Shown one piece after another: positions 9,570 to 19,534 of a stretch of 32,000 bases of DNA. Under the pieces are notes generated by a model. The model was not told the origin of the DNA. It searched no databases and saw nothing but the letters and a program-made list of their open reading frames with translations. Position numbers and translations under genes: made by a program. The number at the start of each line of letters is the position of its first letter. Within the stretch, counting starts at the first letter, position 1. This DNA is from Methanococcus maripaludis (GTDB lineage Archaea > AGJL01 > Methanococci > Methanococcales > Methanococcaceae), in assembly GCF_002945325.1 (NCBI RefSeq), contig NZ_CP026606.1, forward strand, positions 1,380,001 to 1,412,000. The letters are read 5' to 3'.

Positions 9570-10544
9570 ATGGGAGTTCAATTTGGAGATTTGATACCCA
9601 AAACAGAAATCTCTTTAAAATTTTTAAGAAATAAAACTGTTGCAATCGATGCAATGAACGTAATTTACCAGTTTTTATCGAGTATTCGGCTTAGGGATGG
9701 CAGTCCTTTAAAAAATAAAAATGGGGATATTACTTCAACTTACAACGGTATTTTTTATAAAACAATTTACATGTTAGAAAATGGGATGACCCCCATATGG
9801 GTTTTTGATGGCAAATCTCATGAATTAAAAGAAAAAACAAAAGAAGAAAGAAGAAAATCTCGAAAAGGTGCTCTTGATAGTTACATGGAAGCAAAAGAGC
9901 AAAATAATTTAGAAGAAATGCAAAAATATGCTAAAAGAGCAAATTTTTTGGATAGAAAAACAGTAGATAATTCCAAAAAGCTCCTCGAATTGATGGGAAT
10001 TCCTTATATAAATGCCCCTTCAGAAGGGGAAGCTCAGTGTGCAGAACTTGTAAAAGCAAACAATGCATTCTGTGTTATAAGTCAAGATTACGATTCAATT
10101 CTTTATGGTGCGGAATACGTTGTAAAGAACATAACTTCATCAAATAAAGACATTGAATTGATAGAACTTGAAAAAACCCTGTCTGAACTGAATATTTCTC
10201 GCGATCAGCTAATTGATGCCGCAATACTGATTGGAACAGATTATAATCCTGGCGGTTTGAAGGGATTCGGTCCGAAAAAAGCGATCGATACGGTTAAAAA
10301 AGGTAAAATGGAAAATTACATTTCAGAAATTGAAAATTATTCTGAAATTAGAAAGATATTTGATGAACCTGATGTAGTATCTAACTATGATATAACTTTA
10401 AAAACCCCTAACTGTGATGAATTAGCAGAATTTTTGATCGAAGAAAATGATTTTTCCAAAGATAGGATACTCCCAAATATTGAAAAAATTAGCAACCTTT
10501 TGGGCAATAAAAAATCCCAAAAAAGTCTTGAAGCCTGGTTTTAG
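9570..10544 (+). CDS. fen: Flap endonuclease 1 (FEN1)
   Basis: MGVQFGDLIPKTEISLKFLRNKTVAIDAMNVIYQFLSSIR, GIPYINAPSEGEAQCAELVK, SQDYDSILYGA, IGTDYNPGG, C-terminal PIP-like QKSLEAWF. Confidence 0.96.
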   Translation: MGVQFGDLIPKTEISLKFLRNKTVAIDAMNVIYQFLSSIRLRDGSPLKNKNGDITSTYNGIFYKTIYMLENGMTPIWVFDGKSHELKEKTKEERRKSRKGALDSYMEAKEQNNLEEMQKYAKRANFLDRKTVDNSKKLLELMGIPYINAPSEGEAQCAELVKANNAFCVISQDYDSILYGAEYVVKNITSSNKDIELIELEKTLSELNISRDQLIDAAILIGTDYNPGGLKGFGPKKAIDTVKKGKMENYISEIENYSEIRKIFDEPDVVSNYDITLKTPNCDELAEFLIEENDFSKDRILPNIEKISNLLGNKKSQKSLEAWF

Positions 10545-10552
10545 GTGTAAAT

Positions 10553-11179
10553 ATGATGAAAATATACAGTTTAAATAGAATATCCCCAATATTCTGGATA
10601 TTTTTAATTCCTTTGATAATACTTGGATTAATTTTGATTATCCCCATAATATTTTTAGCAGTAGTTTTGGGAGCAATTTATCTGGGTTACAAAAAAATTA
10701 AATCCGGAATAAACGGAATTATTAGAAAATTAAAGACTAAAAAGATTAAAATTAACGGCAGTTCCGAAAATGGAGACGTTAAAATAAACTTTTCAAAAAA
10801 ATTGGAAATTGTGGAAGAAACCCTCGAAGAATCTATACCTGTAATTTCTGAAGATGTTGGGGAAAAATGGGAACATAAGCAGTTTATTAATTATTTAAAA
10901 GACAATGGTTTATCCGAAAATAGTGAAAAACTATATTATTTCGATAAATCAGTGTATCCAATTTATAAAAAGACTTATCCTGTAAACGAGATCATAAAAC
11001 TTTATGATGAAACTCCAGAAGAAGATATGATTGTTTTGGGTTTGAAGGGTGGTTATGATGACCCTAAATTATTATATTTGATTCCAAAAGAAGAATGTAA
11101 AAACAGGATGAGCATTTCGGAACTAAAAGATTATGAAATAAATTTAAAAAACCAAGAAATAAATAACCTTAATTTATAA
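10553..11179 (+). CDS. Hypothetical membrane-anchored protein
   Basis: 208-aa ORF with a long hydrophobic segment ISPIFWIFLIPLIILGLILIIPIIFLAVVLGAIYLGYK near the N-terminus; AGGTG RBS; directly downstream of fen. Confidence 0.75.
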   Translation: MMKIYSLNRISPIFWIFLIPLIILGLILIIPIIFLAVVLGAIYLGYKKIKSGINGIIRKLKTKKIKINGSSENGDVKINFSKKLEIVEETLEESIPVISEDVGEKWEHKQFINYLKDNGLSENSEKLYYFDKSVYPIYKKTYPVNEIIKLYDETPEEDMIVLGLKGGYDDPKLLYLIPKEECKNRMSISELKDYEINLKNQEINNLNL

Positions 11180-11197
11180 TGTAGTTAGTGTGAAAAC

Positions 11198-11356
11198 ATG
11201 GAAATATTGGATAAATGTGTAGGTTGTGCAGGATGTGTTCCATTCTGTCCAGTAGGGGCTATTTCGGTATTTGGAAAGGCAGAAATTGACATGGAAATGT
11301 GTACAAACTGTGCAGTATGTAAAGATTATTGCCCATTAGATGCGATATCTGAATAA
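11198..11356 (+). CDS. Small 2[4Fe-4S] ferredoxin, 52 aa
   Basis: Own translation: MEILDKCVGCAGCVPFCPVGAISVFGKAEIDMEMCTNCAVCKDYCPLDAISE. Two CxxCxxCxxxCP motifs, upstream GTGTG, stop TAA. Absent from the ORF track, probably because it is under 60 aa. Confidence 0.9.
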   Translation: MEILDKCVGCAGCVPFCPVGAISVFGKAEIDMEMCTNCAVCKDYCPLDAISE

Positions 11357-11385
11357 AATAATAGGCTTTAAAATCAGGTGGTTTG

Positions 11386-11991
11386 ATGTATATTGGTAGA
11401 TTTTTGGTACTTGGAAAAACGGATGAAGGAAATCCTTTTGTTACATACAGGGTTTCAAGCAGGAGCTTTCCAAACAGGGTTGCAAAAGTAATGGATGATG
11501 AAACAGTTGCAATTTTACCAAAAGACTTGGAAGAAATGTTTAAAAATCCATACATTACATACAACTGTGTAAAACTTGTAGGAAACGTTGCAGTAGCTAC
11601 AAACGGTTCACATACCGACATAATTGCAGACAAAATTAAGCTTGGACTTCCAATAAGGGATGCTTTATCATACTCATTATTAACTATGGACTATGAAAAA
11701 GACGACTACAACACTCCAAGAATTGCAGTCGTTTTAACAAAAGACAGTGCATACATGGGTTATGTTTCTGATAACGACGTTAGAGTTAAAAAAGTTGAAC
11801 TTGAGGCTGGAAAAGCGTACTATTTGAGTGTATACGAAGCATGTAAAATTACGGAACACCAAGTAATCTCAGTTGCTGGAAAAACTGCAGAAGAATTAAC
11901 TAAATTCGTAATGGAATACGAAGAATTTGAAAAACCAGTAACTGCAGCAACCGTTTTAGTAAAAGATGGATTTAAACTTGCAACACTTTAA
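11386..11991 (+). CDS. purO: Archaeal IMP cyclohydrolase (PurO type)
   Basis: [33 protein letters not shown]...[26 protein letters not shown] resembles archaeal PurO; GGTGG RBS before ATG 11386. Confidence 0.88.
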   Translation: MYIGRFLVLGKTDEGNPFVTYRVSSRSFPNRVAKVMDDETVAILPKDLEEMFKNPYITYNCVKLVGNVAVATNGSHTDIIADKIKLGLPIRDALSYSLLTMDYEKDDYNTPRIAVVLTKDSAYMGYVSDNDVRVKKVELEAGKAYYLSVYEACKITEHQVISVAGKTAEELTKFVMEYEEFEKPVTAATVLVKDGFKLATL

Positions 11992-12023
11992 TTTTATTAT
12001 TTTTTTAACTTTTTGGTGAAATT

Positions 12024-12635
12024 TTGAAAATTTACAATAATTTTGAAAATAATGTTCCAAAAAAGCTTTTTTTAGCAGGGATTCATGGGAATGAATCAAA
12101 ATACACTTCACAGATTTTAGAAAATTTACAAAAAAATATTTCAAATTTAAAAGTTTTTGGAAATGTAATAATTGTTCCAGAACTTGTAAAAGATTCAAAG
12201 TATTATTCAACTCTAAATCCAAAATACTATGAAACAGCAGAAGGAAACTTCCTTTTAAAATTAATAGAAAAATATAAACCTGAATTTTATTTTGAAATCC
12301 ATTCATATTCTGAGAAATCTTATTCTAATCTAACAGAATTAAAAAGAGTCGATTTAAAAGGAATTCCACCATTTGTTGATTTAAATAATGGAGTTTTAAT
12401 GGCATCGATTTCTCCAATATTGCGAGAAAAATTTAAAAAAAGTGATTTTTGCATGACCCTTGAAGTTCCAAACTGGAAGGTTTTGGAAGTTGAAAATATT
12501 GTTCTTGAAATTTTGGAATTTGCAGTGACTTCAAAAGATAGAAATGAAATGATCGAAAAAATTTTTAATAAATATCCTAAATCTGCGAAAACTGCAAAAT
12601 GGCTTGCCGATGAATTTAATCTAACTTTTTTATAA
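12024..12635 (+). CDS. DUF2119-like protein with zinc peptidase/deacylase-like motifs
   Basis: KLFLAGIHGNESKYT (HGNE-like), FEIHSYSEKSY; TTG start after GGTGA RBS; family name from memory. Confidence 0.7.
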   Translation: MKIYNNFENNVPKKLFLAGIHGNESKYTSQILENLQKNISNLKVFGNVIIVPELVKDSKYYSTLNPKYYETAEGNFLLKLIEKYKPEFYFEIHSYSEKSYSNLTELKRVDLKGIPPFVDLNNGVLMASISPILREKFKKSDFCMTLEVPNWKVLEVENIVLEILEFAVTSKDRNEMIEKIFNKYPKSAKTAKWLADEFNLTFL

Positions 12636-12710
12636 AATTTTCAAGCTACATTACTTATAAATATCTTTATTTATAACGTTAATAAAAGCGAAACACAAAA
12701 TGGTGAAAGG

Positions 12711-13358
12711 ATGAAGTTTTTTTTAGACACTGCAAATGTTGAAAAAATTAAAGAATTTAACGCACTTGGTTTAGTTGACGGAGTTACAACAAACCCAAGT
12801 TTAATCAAAAAAGAAGGAAGAGACTTCTACGAAGTAATCAAAGAAATCTGCTCAATTGTTGACGGTCCAGTAAGTGCTGAAGTTATCGCACTTGATGCTG
12901 AAGGAATGGTTAAAGAAGCAAGAGAACTCGTGAAACTTGCAGAAAACGTTGTAGTAAAAATCCCAATGACCAAAGAAGGAATGAAAGCAGTAAACATTCT
13001 TTCAAAAGAAGGAATAAAAACAAACGTTACATTAATCTTTTCAGCAAACCAGGCATTACTCGCAGCAAAAGCTGGAGCTTCATACGTTTCCCCATTCGTT
13101 GGAAGACTCGACGATGTTGGACAGGATGGAATGTTTTTAATTTCTGAGGTTATGCAAGTATTTGGCGCATACGGAATCGAAACAGAAGTTATCGTAGCTT
13201 CAGTAAGACACCCAATCCACGTTTTAGAATCCGCAAAAATGGGCGCAGACATTGCAACAATTCCATTTGATGTAATCGACAAATTATTCAACCACCCGTT
13301 AACAGACAATGGAATTGCAAAATTCCTTGCTGACTGGGAAGCACACATGAACAGATAA
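12711..13358 (+). CDS. tal: Transaldolase (small, TalC/MipB-type)
   Basis: [87 protein letters not shown]. Confidence 0.95.
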   Translation: MKFFLDTANVEKIKEFNALGLVDGVTTNPSLIKKEGRDFYEVIKEICSIVDGPVSAEVIALDAEGMVKEARELVKLAENVVVKIPMTKEGMKAVNILSKEGIKTNVTLIFSANQALLAAKAGASYVSPFVGRLDDVGQDGMFLISEVMQVFGAYGIETEVIVASVRHPIHVLESAKMGADIATIPFDVIDKLFNHPLTDNGIAKFLADWEAHMNR

Positions 13359-13409
13359 TTTCTTTTAAATTATTTTATTTCGATTTTTTTTATAAATCCG
13401 GTGGTTTTT

Positions 13410-14552
13410 ATGTCATTTCAAATTGATAAACGGGCTTATCAGTCTTTAAAAAATTTTTCAAACATAATTTACAAAAAAGCTATAGTTAATAAAGATGATT
13501 TTTCAAAAAACGAAGAAATTGTTGATATATCATACAATGGAAATTTCGTTGCAAAAGCACTTTATGATCCAAAATTTCCGTTAATAAAGATTTTAACGAG
13601 GAAAAACGAAGAAATTGATAAAGATTTCTTTTTTAAACGGATAAATAACGCAAATAATTACAGAACTGATATATTAAATTATAAGGATACTTACAGGATG
13701 ATTTATGCAGAAGCTGACTATTTACCGTCAATAATACTTGATAAATACAATAAAATCGCTTCAATTCAGATTTCATCGAATATTATGGATAATTATTCAG
13801 ATTTAATTTTTGAATGTATTTCTGAAATTACCGATGTCGAAACGATGTATGTTCAGAGTGGTAAAAAGGGAAGTGACGTAAAAACGAAGATTTTTGGAGA
13901 TAAGTCGCAAATTGAAACCGTAATTTCCGAAGGAAACGCCAAATTTAACGTAAACATGAAAGGTCACAAAACCGGATTTTTCTTAGACCAAAGAGACAAT
14001 AGGGCTGATCTTGAAAATTATGTTAAACCAGGAGATAAAGTACTTGATATTTGCAGTTACACTGGAGGATTTGCAGTTCATGCTGGAATCAAGGGTGGAG
14101 AAGTTACCGCAGTTGATTTATCGGATAAAGCACTTGCTGTTGCAGAAGAAAACATGGAATTAAACGGTGTTAAAAATTACAACTGCATAGTTTCAAATGC
14201 ATTTGACGCAATGAAAGAAATGATTGGTAATAATGAAAAATTCGATGTTGTAGTGCTTGACCCACCTGCATTTACCGATTCTTCAAAAGACATTAAAAAT
14301 GCACTAAATGCTTATAATTCAATGAATTACCTTGGATTAAAATTAGCAAAAAGAATACTTGTAACATGCTCTTGTTCACACCACATTGATCGGGAAAACT
14401 TTAAAAATACGATTGTTTCTTCATCAATACGGGCTAAAAAAGAGATAAGACAAATCGGTTCATACCGAACACAGGCATCTGACCACATAATAACAATGGC
14501 AAATAGGGACCTTGAATATTTGAAGTGCCTTTTCTTCAATGTAGTAAACTAA
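13410..14552 (+). CDS. Class I SAM-dependent methyltransferase, RlmI/PUA-domain rRNA methyltransferase-like
   Basis: N-terminal PUA-like IVDISYNGNFVAKALYDPKFPLIKILTRK; GHKTGFFLDQRDNR, VLDICSYTGGFAVHAGIKGG, VVLDPPAFTDSSKD, CSCSHH motifs; ATG 13410 after GGTGG. Confidence 0.88.
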   Translation: MSFQIDKRAYQSLKNFSNIIYKKAIVNKDDFSKNEEIVDISYNGNFVAKALYDPKFPLIKILTRKNEEIDKDFFFKRINNANNYRTDILNYKDTYRMIYAEADYLPSIILDKYNKIASIQISSNIMDNYSDLIFECISEITDVETMYVQSGKKGSDVKTKIFGDKSQIETVISEGNAKFNVNMKGHKTGFFLDQRDNRADLENYVKPGDKVLDICSYTGGFAVHAGIKGGEVTAVDLSDKALAVAEENMELNGVKNYNCIVSNAFDAMKEMIGNNEKFDVVVLDPPAFTDSSKDIKNALNAYNSMNYLGLKLAKRILVTCSCSHHIDRENFKNTIVSSSIRAKKEIRQIGSYRTQASDHIITMANRDLEYLKCLFFNVVN

Positions 14553-14614
14553 TAAAAATGATCAATGCATATCTTTGAAAAATAAAAATTGTGAGAATAA
14601 AAAACGGTGAGAAC

Positions 14615-15376
14615 ATGATGGTTCCAGAATCCCATCCACGGTACAAATCATTATTAAATCGAGACAGAATTGTAGAAGCATTTGAATCAGGAGTTTTGGC
14701 AAAAGGCGGAATGATTGCTCATGGAAGAGGCGAAACTTTCGATTATTTAATTGGGGAAAGTACGACAGATATTGCACTAAATTCTATAAAAGTTTCAGCA
14801 GCTCTATTAGTTTTAGCAGAAAATCCTGTAATTTCAGTAAATGGAAACAGTGTCGCTTTAGCAAAAGACGAGTTTGTCGAATTAGCAAAAGAATTAAATG
14901 GGAAAATCGAAGTTAATTTATTCTACAGGACAACTGAACGGGAAGAAAAGATAAAGGACGTATTTGAAAGTGATATTAAAAATGGAATTGTTCTTTTAGG
15001 AATCGATAATGCAGATAAACAAATTCCCGGGATTGATCACTTAAGGGGAAAAGTTTCAGAATCTGGGATCTACACTTCAGATGTCGTTTTAGTTCCTCTT
15101 GAAGATGGTGATAGGGCTGAAGCACTTGTTAAAATGGGAAAAACAGTAATTGCAATTGATTTAAATCCCCTTTCAAGAACCGCAAGAAAATCAACAATTT
15201 CAATAATTGACGAGCTTACAAGATGCATTCCATTAATTACTGAATACGTAAGAGAATACAAAAAAATGGATAGTACTGAACTTTTAAAAATTGTTGAAAA
15301 TTACGATAACGAAGAAAATTTGCGAAATATCTTGAATTTGATTTCAAAAAGGTTAACTTCAGTAGATTTAATTTAA
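14615..15376 (+). CDS. 4-phosphopantoate-beta-alanine ligase (archaeal phosphopantothenate synthetase)
   Basis: [47 protein letters not shown] and [29 protein letters not shown] match the family as recalled; ATG 14615 preceded by GGTGA. Confidence 0.88.
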   Translation: MMVPESHPRYKSLLNRDRIVEAFESGVLAKGGMIAHGRGETFDYLIGESTTDIALNSIKVSAALLVLAENPVISVNGNSVALAKDEFVELAKELNGKIEVNLFYRTTEREEKIKDVFESDIKNGIVLLGIDNADKQIPGIDHLRGKVSESGIYTSDVVLVPLEDGDRAEALVKMGKTVIAIDLNPLSRTARKSTISIIDELTRCIPLITEYVREYKKMDSTELLKIVENYDNEENLRNILNLISKRLTSVDLI

Positions 15377-15399
15377 ATTTTTATTTTATTATTTTTTAA

Positions 15400-16803
15400 T
15401 TAAAATTCGAATTTAAGAAGCAGTTTTCCAAATTCCGTGATATTTATTACGGCCTGATCTTTTTCGATAAATCCGTATTTTAAAAGCGGATCGATTCTAT
15501 CATATGCAGATCTTCTATGTATTCCAAGCGATTTTGCAAGTTCTTCAACTTTTACTGAACCGCCAAGTTCATGGATTTTTATGAGGGTTTCTTTTGTAGC
15601 AGGATGTTTTGTGAACATGTGAATTCCTTCTTTTGCACTTATTGTAACCAGATCTGGTGCAAAAGAACACATACTAATTGAATAATTTCCATATTTTTTA
15701 AGGGAAATTTCTCCAAACGTCGAACTTCCAAAAAATGGATTAATGTCTGATTTTTCAATCAATTTTTCAATTTCAGCAGGATTAATTTCTGATAAAAATG
15801 ATGAAATATTGCAAAAAGTGAGTGCTGGTTCATAATGCGGTTGTGTATTGTTTAAAACGGATGTATTGGTTTTAAATATATTTTTTATCGCATTTTTATC
15901 AATATTTTCTATTTTTAATTCATTTGAATTGCTTATATTTGAGCCAGTAATTAATTTTTTATTTTTTATTGAAATTGGGCCTTTAAGGTGGATATCGCCC
16001 GTAGTATCTAAAATACCAAGTGGGTGGGATAAATAAAATTCAGGATCATTTTCAAGTTCGTTTACAGTTCCTTTGTATCCCGAAATTTCAATATATCTTT
16101 TTACGGCTGAAATATTTCCTATCTCTTCGATAGAACGCTTTTCAGATTTTGTAATTATATTTTCTAATTTTCCTGAATTTTCCCCATATTCGTAGTTATT
16201 GTAAGAAATTTTTGGTACTATGTCTCCGCCAAACGCGACACAGACGATACTATCTAAATAAACGTCGTTTCCGTACTGGTATGTATGTTCAAATTCAAAG
16301 TCATCTGAGGAAACTCCTCCAAAAATAGGGATGGTAACACCAAGTTCCTCAATAATTCCTTTCAAAACCTGTTCTTCACATTTGCAAAAATCTGTTATTA
16401 CATAGAGAAGTTTTGGAAGCATTCCAAGGTTTTCAACTGCATCTTTAACTGCTTTTTTTCCTGATTCTTTCGGATTTATCGAAATTCCAAGGCCAACACC
16501 CATTCCGGTATTAAAATATTTTGAACCCAAAATTCCAACTGAAACCCCGTTTTCTAAAAATTTATTACCACAAATTTGGAATTTTGAACTGCCCCCTACT
16601 ATTTGGACGCTATTTCCAAGAATTAGTTTAACGCCATTAAGTACCTCTTCAGGGTCATAATCGGGAGAGGAGTATAAAAAAACGATATTTGGTTTTTCAG
16701 AATACTTTTTCATCATTTTGAGTGCATCGGATGCGGCATGTGCCCCCGCCTTTAAAGAGTTTTCATCTGTTGAAGTACCATACCCAAATTCGATAAATTC
16801 CAC
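15400..16803 (-). CDS. FIST-domain (FIST_N/FIST_C) sensor protein with C-terminal winged-helix DNA-binding region
   Basis: FIST-like FIEFGYGTSTDENSLKAGAHAASDAL...GGVSSDDFEFEHTYQYGNDVYLDSIVCVAFGG; C-terminus LIKIHELGGSVKVEELAKSLGIHRRSAYDRIDPLLKYGFIEKDQAVINITEFGKLLL reads as winged helix. GTG 16803 follows GGTG; the track ORF opens at 16854. Confidence 0.83.
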   Translation of the reverse strand: MEFIEFGYGTSTDENSLKAGAHAASDALKMMKKYSEKPNIVFLYSSPDYDPEEVLNGVKLILGNSVQIVGGSSKFQICGNKFLENGVSVGILGSKYFNTGMGVGLGISINPKESGKKAVKDAVENLGMLPKLLYVITDFCKCEEQVLKGIIEELGVTIPIFGGVSSDDFEFEHTYQYGNDVYLDSIVCVAFGGDIVPKISYNNYEYGENSGKLENIITKSEKRSIEEIGNISAVKRYIEISGYKGTVNELENDPEFYLSHPLGILDTTGDIHLKGPISIKNKKLITGSNISNSNELKIENIDKNAIKNIFKTNTSVLNNTQPHYEPALTFCNISSFLSEINPAEIEKLIEKSDINPFFGSSTFGEISLKKYGNYSISMCSFAPDLVTISAKEGIHMFTKHPATKETLIKIHELGGSVKVEELAKSLGIHRRSAYDRIDPLLKYGFIEKDQAVINITEFGKLLLKFEF

Positions 16804-16877
16804 AATAACACCAGTATTTAGATTAAATAATAAGTTTAAAGCACAGGTAAGCAAATAACAATATATATGCTTCGTAA

Positions 16878-16892
16878 TCTATAAATATTATA
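16878..16892 (-). promoter_or_regulatory. Candidate TATA box for the FIST-domain gene
   Basis: Minus strand reads ataatatatttatag about 75-90 nt upstream of GTG 16803. Confidence 0.35.
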
Positions 16893-16925
16893 TTGTCGTA
16901 GGTTTTTATTAGTATATTAGGTCGT

Positions 16926-16938
16926 ATTTATATATTTG
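16926..16938 (+). promoter_or_regulatory. Candidate TATA box for the receiver-kinase genes
   Basis: atttatatattt in the divergent intergenic region, about 80-90 nt upstream of ATG 17019. Confidence 0.4.
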
Positions 16939-17018
16939 ATGTGTGCTCCGAGTACCACAACCATCTTTTTTAAATTAAAGGTTTTATAATAACCTAAACC
17001 TAAAATCAGGTGTGCATA

Positions 17019-17378
17019 ATGAAAAAAATTTTAGTAGTTGAAGATGAAGAAGATATATTAAATCTCGTTAGAATTATTTTGGAGATTAATAATTATAAAG
17101 TTATTGTTGCACATGATGGCTATCAGGGACTTGAAATGGTTAAAGAAAATCCTGATCTTATCTTACTCGACATTATGATGCCAGGAATGACAGGATGGGA
17201 GTTTTTAGATAAAATTAGCGCAGATGGATATGATATTCCTGTAATTGTCCTGACTGCAAATGCGCAAATGAGTACTCTCGAAACTGCAATTAATAAAAAA
17301 GTAGATGATTGCGTTGTAAAACCTTTCGATAGGGAAGATTTAATGGAAAAGGTTAACTCTATACTCAATAAAAATTAA
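17019..17378 (+). CDS. Stand-alone response-regulator receiver (CheY-like)
   Basis: MKKILVVEDEEDILNLVRIILE, LILLDIMMPGMTGWEF, VIVLTANA, CVVKPFDREDL; protein ends after the receiver, so no output domain. Confidence 0.93.
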   Translation: MKKILVVEDEEDILNLVRIILEINNYKVIVAHDGYQGLEMVKENPDLILLDIMMPGMTGWEFLDKISADGYDIPVIVLTANAQMSTLETAINKKVDDCVVKPFDREDLMEKVNSILNKN

Positions 17379-17405
17379 GGTCTATTAAAGGGTTAGGGGA
17401 TTAAT

Positions 17406-19325
17406 ATGAACACTATACCACCTATTAAACGATTAGGAACTAAATTAATAATTTATTCCATAATCACAGCATTAATTCCGATAGTGATGCTTGGTGCGGT
17501 ATCTACTGACACGATAAATACCGAAATGACCAAACAAGCACAGGAAAAAATAAACGATGATTTAAATACTGCAGAAAGTGTAGTAAATCTCAAATTGGAT
17601 AAGATTTCTTCATTGAATAAGTATATTATTTCAAATGAAAAAACGATTAATATTTTAAAGAATAATGATACGAAAGAACTAAAAACTTTAGCAATATCTT
17701 ATAAAAATACATCTGCGCCGGATTTTGTGGTCTTTTTTGATGGGCAGGGAAATGTTGTTGCAAGATCAAATTCTGATGTGACAGGGGATAATTCTTACGA
17801 AGATCTTTTCAAAAAAGTAGTAAACAGTACCGGATATACCTCGATAGAAGTTCTTGACAAAGATTCCATAAAATACGAAAATGTAGGCGAACTTGTAAAT
17901 ATTGACATAAAAGGAACTGATGATTCTATAGACTATTCAGACAGTGTCCAAGACAGTGCAATGGCTTTGGTATCTATAGAACCAATTTACGATAAAAATG
18001 GAAAACTACTTGGGGCTGCAATGGCTGCCGATATTTTAAACAAGGATTATTCTATTGTTGATACAGTAAAAGATGCCTCAAAAGATGCTACAACCATATT
18101 TTTAGATGGGGTTAGGGTTTCTACTAATGTTCAGGACAACGGCGGAAGGGCCATTGGAACACTTGTTTCAAAGGAAGTTTATAATCACGTTGTTTTGGAT
18201 GGAAAAACCTATTATGGTAGGGCTTTTGTTGTAAATGAATGGTATTTGACAGCTTATGAGCCAATATATGATTCTGATAATGAAATTATAGGAATGCTCT
18301 TTGTAGGAACTCCTGAAAGTAAATTTTTAGCACTTCAGGCAAATGTTAGAAATCAAACATTTGTAGTTGGATTGATCGGGTTATTAATTGCTTTAATTGT
18401 TTCATACCTTATAAATCGAGGAATAATAAAACCACTCGAACAGTTAAAACAAGGTGCTGAATGGGTAAGTAACGGTAGATACGATCAAAAAGTTATTGTT
18501 GATTCAGACGATGAATTTGGTGAACTTGCAAAAGCATTTAACAAAATGGCAACCCAGATCAATATTTCTGATGAAAAATTAAAAAAACACGCAGAAGAGT
18601 TAAAAACATCTTACAATGAATTAAAAGAACTTGATAAGTTAAAATCTGAATTAATTGCGATTGTTTCACACGAATTAAGAACACCACTTACATCCATAAA
18701 AGGTTACGTTGAACTGGTTTTGGATGGAACAATGGGTACAATAAATGATTCCCAGAAAAAGTGCCTGCAGGTTGCAGACGACAACATTGTAAGACTTAGA
18801 AGATTAATTGAGAGCATGCTCGATCTTTCAAAAATAGAGCGTGGAGAACTCGAAATGTATCGAGAAAAGGTAAATCTCAGGGCAATTGTATGCGATGTAA
18901 TTGAATATTTAAAACCTCTTGCTACAGAAAAGAATATTAAATTAAACAAGGAAGTTGAAGATATTGCTATTGAAGCAGATAAGGATAGAATTACTCAAGT
19001 TTTGACAAATCTGATAGAAAATGCGATAAAATTCAGCCCGGCAAATGAATCCATACTTGTAAGTGGTGTTTTAGAAGACGAACACATTCATTTAAAAGTA
19101 ACGGATCGTGGAGCAGGTATTCCTAAAAAAGACATGGAAAAAATATTCAATAGATTCTATCAGGTTGATTCATCAACAAAACGGAAAAAAGGTGGATCAG
19201 GTCTTGGTCTTGCAGTGTGTAAAAGTATTGTTGAAGCACACAAGGGTTCGATATGGGTTGAGAGTGAACTTGGAAAAGGAAGTACTTTCCATATCATTCT
19301 TCCAATTTCTGCAAAAGATCAGTAA
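17406..19325 (+). CDS. Membrane sensor histidine kinase (Cache - HAMP - HisKA - HATPase)
   Basis: N-terminal TM LIIYSIITALIPIVMLGAV, Cache-like region RAIGTLVSKEVYNHVVLDGKTYYGRAFVVNEWYLTAYEPIYDSDNEIIGMLFVGTPE, second TM VGLIGLLIALIVSYLINRGIIKPL, H-box IVSHELRTPLTSIKGYVE, N/G boxes QVLTNLIENAIKFSP, DRGAGIPKKDMEKIF, GGSGLGLAVCKSIVEAHKG. Confidence 0.95.
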   Translation: MNTIPPIKRLGTKLIIYSIITALIPIVMLGAVSTDTINTEMTKQAQEKINDDLNTAESVVNLKLDKISSLNKYIISNEKTINILKNNDTKELKTLAISYKNTSAPDFVVFFDGQGNVVARSNSDVTGDNSYEDLFKKVVNSTGYTSIEVLDKDSIKYENVGELVNIDIKGTDDSIDYSDSVQDSAMALVSIEPIYDKNGKLLGAAMAADILNKDYSIVDTVKDASKDATTIFLDGVRVSTNVQDNGGRAIGTLVSKEVYNHVVLDGKTYYGRAFVVNEWYLTAYEPIYDSDNEIIGMLFVGTPESKFLALQANVRNQTFVVGLIGLLIALIVSYLINRGIIKPLEQLKQGAEWVSNGRYDQKVIVDSDDEFGELAKAFNKMATQINISDEKLKKHAEELKTSYNELKELDKLKSELIAIVSHELRTPLTSIKGYVELVLDGTMGTINDSQKKCLQVADDNIVRLRRLIESMLDLSKIERGELEMYREKVNLRAIVCDVIEYLKPLATEKNIKLNKEVEDIAIEADKDRITQVLTNLIENAIKFSPANESILVSGVLEDEHIHLKVTDRGAGIPKKDMEKIFNRFYQVDSSTKRKKGGSGLGLAVCKSIVEAHKGSIWVESELGKGSTFHIILPISAKDQ

Positions 19326-19534
19326 ATTATTATATTAATTTTTTTAAAATTTTTTAAAGGAAAAGTGACATTTTACACTTATTTTTAAATTCAAAGGGGA
19401 ATTGCCTTTAAAAACGATTTTTAATATTTATTTTACAATTTTTATTATTAATATTCAGATAATAAATTATATATATTTTCAAAATCAAAAATATAAATGG
19501 TTTTGTGGGGCGCACATATATAAGAGGTGTCCTT

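Noticed and set aside
14327-14777. Minus-strand ORFs over the methyltransferase and ligase genes
   Set aside because: They overlap clear coding sequence and have no recognisable motifs
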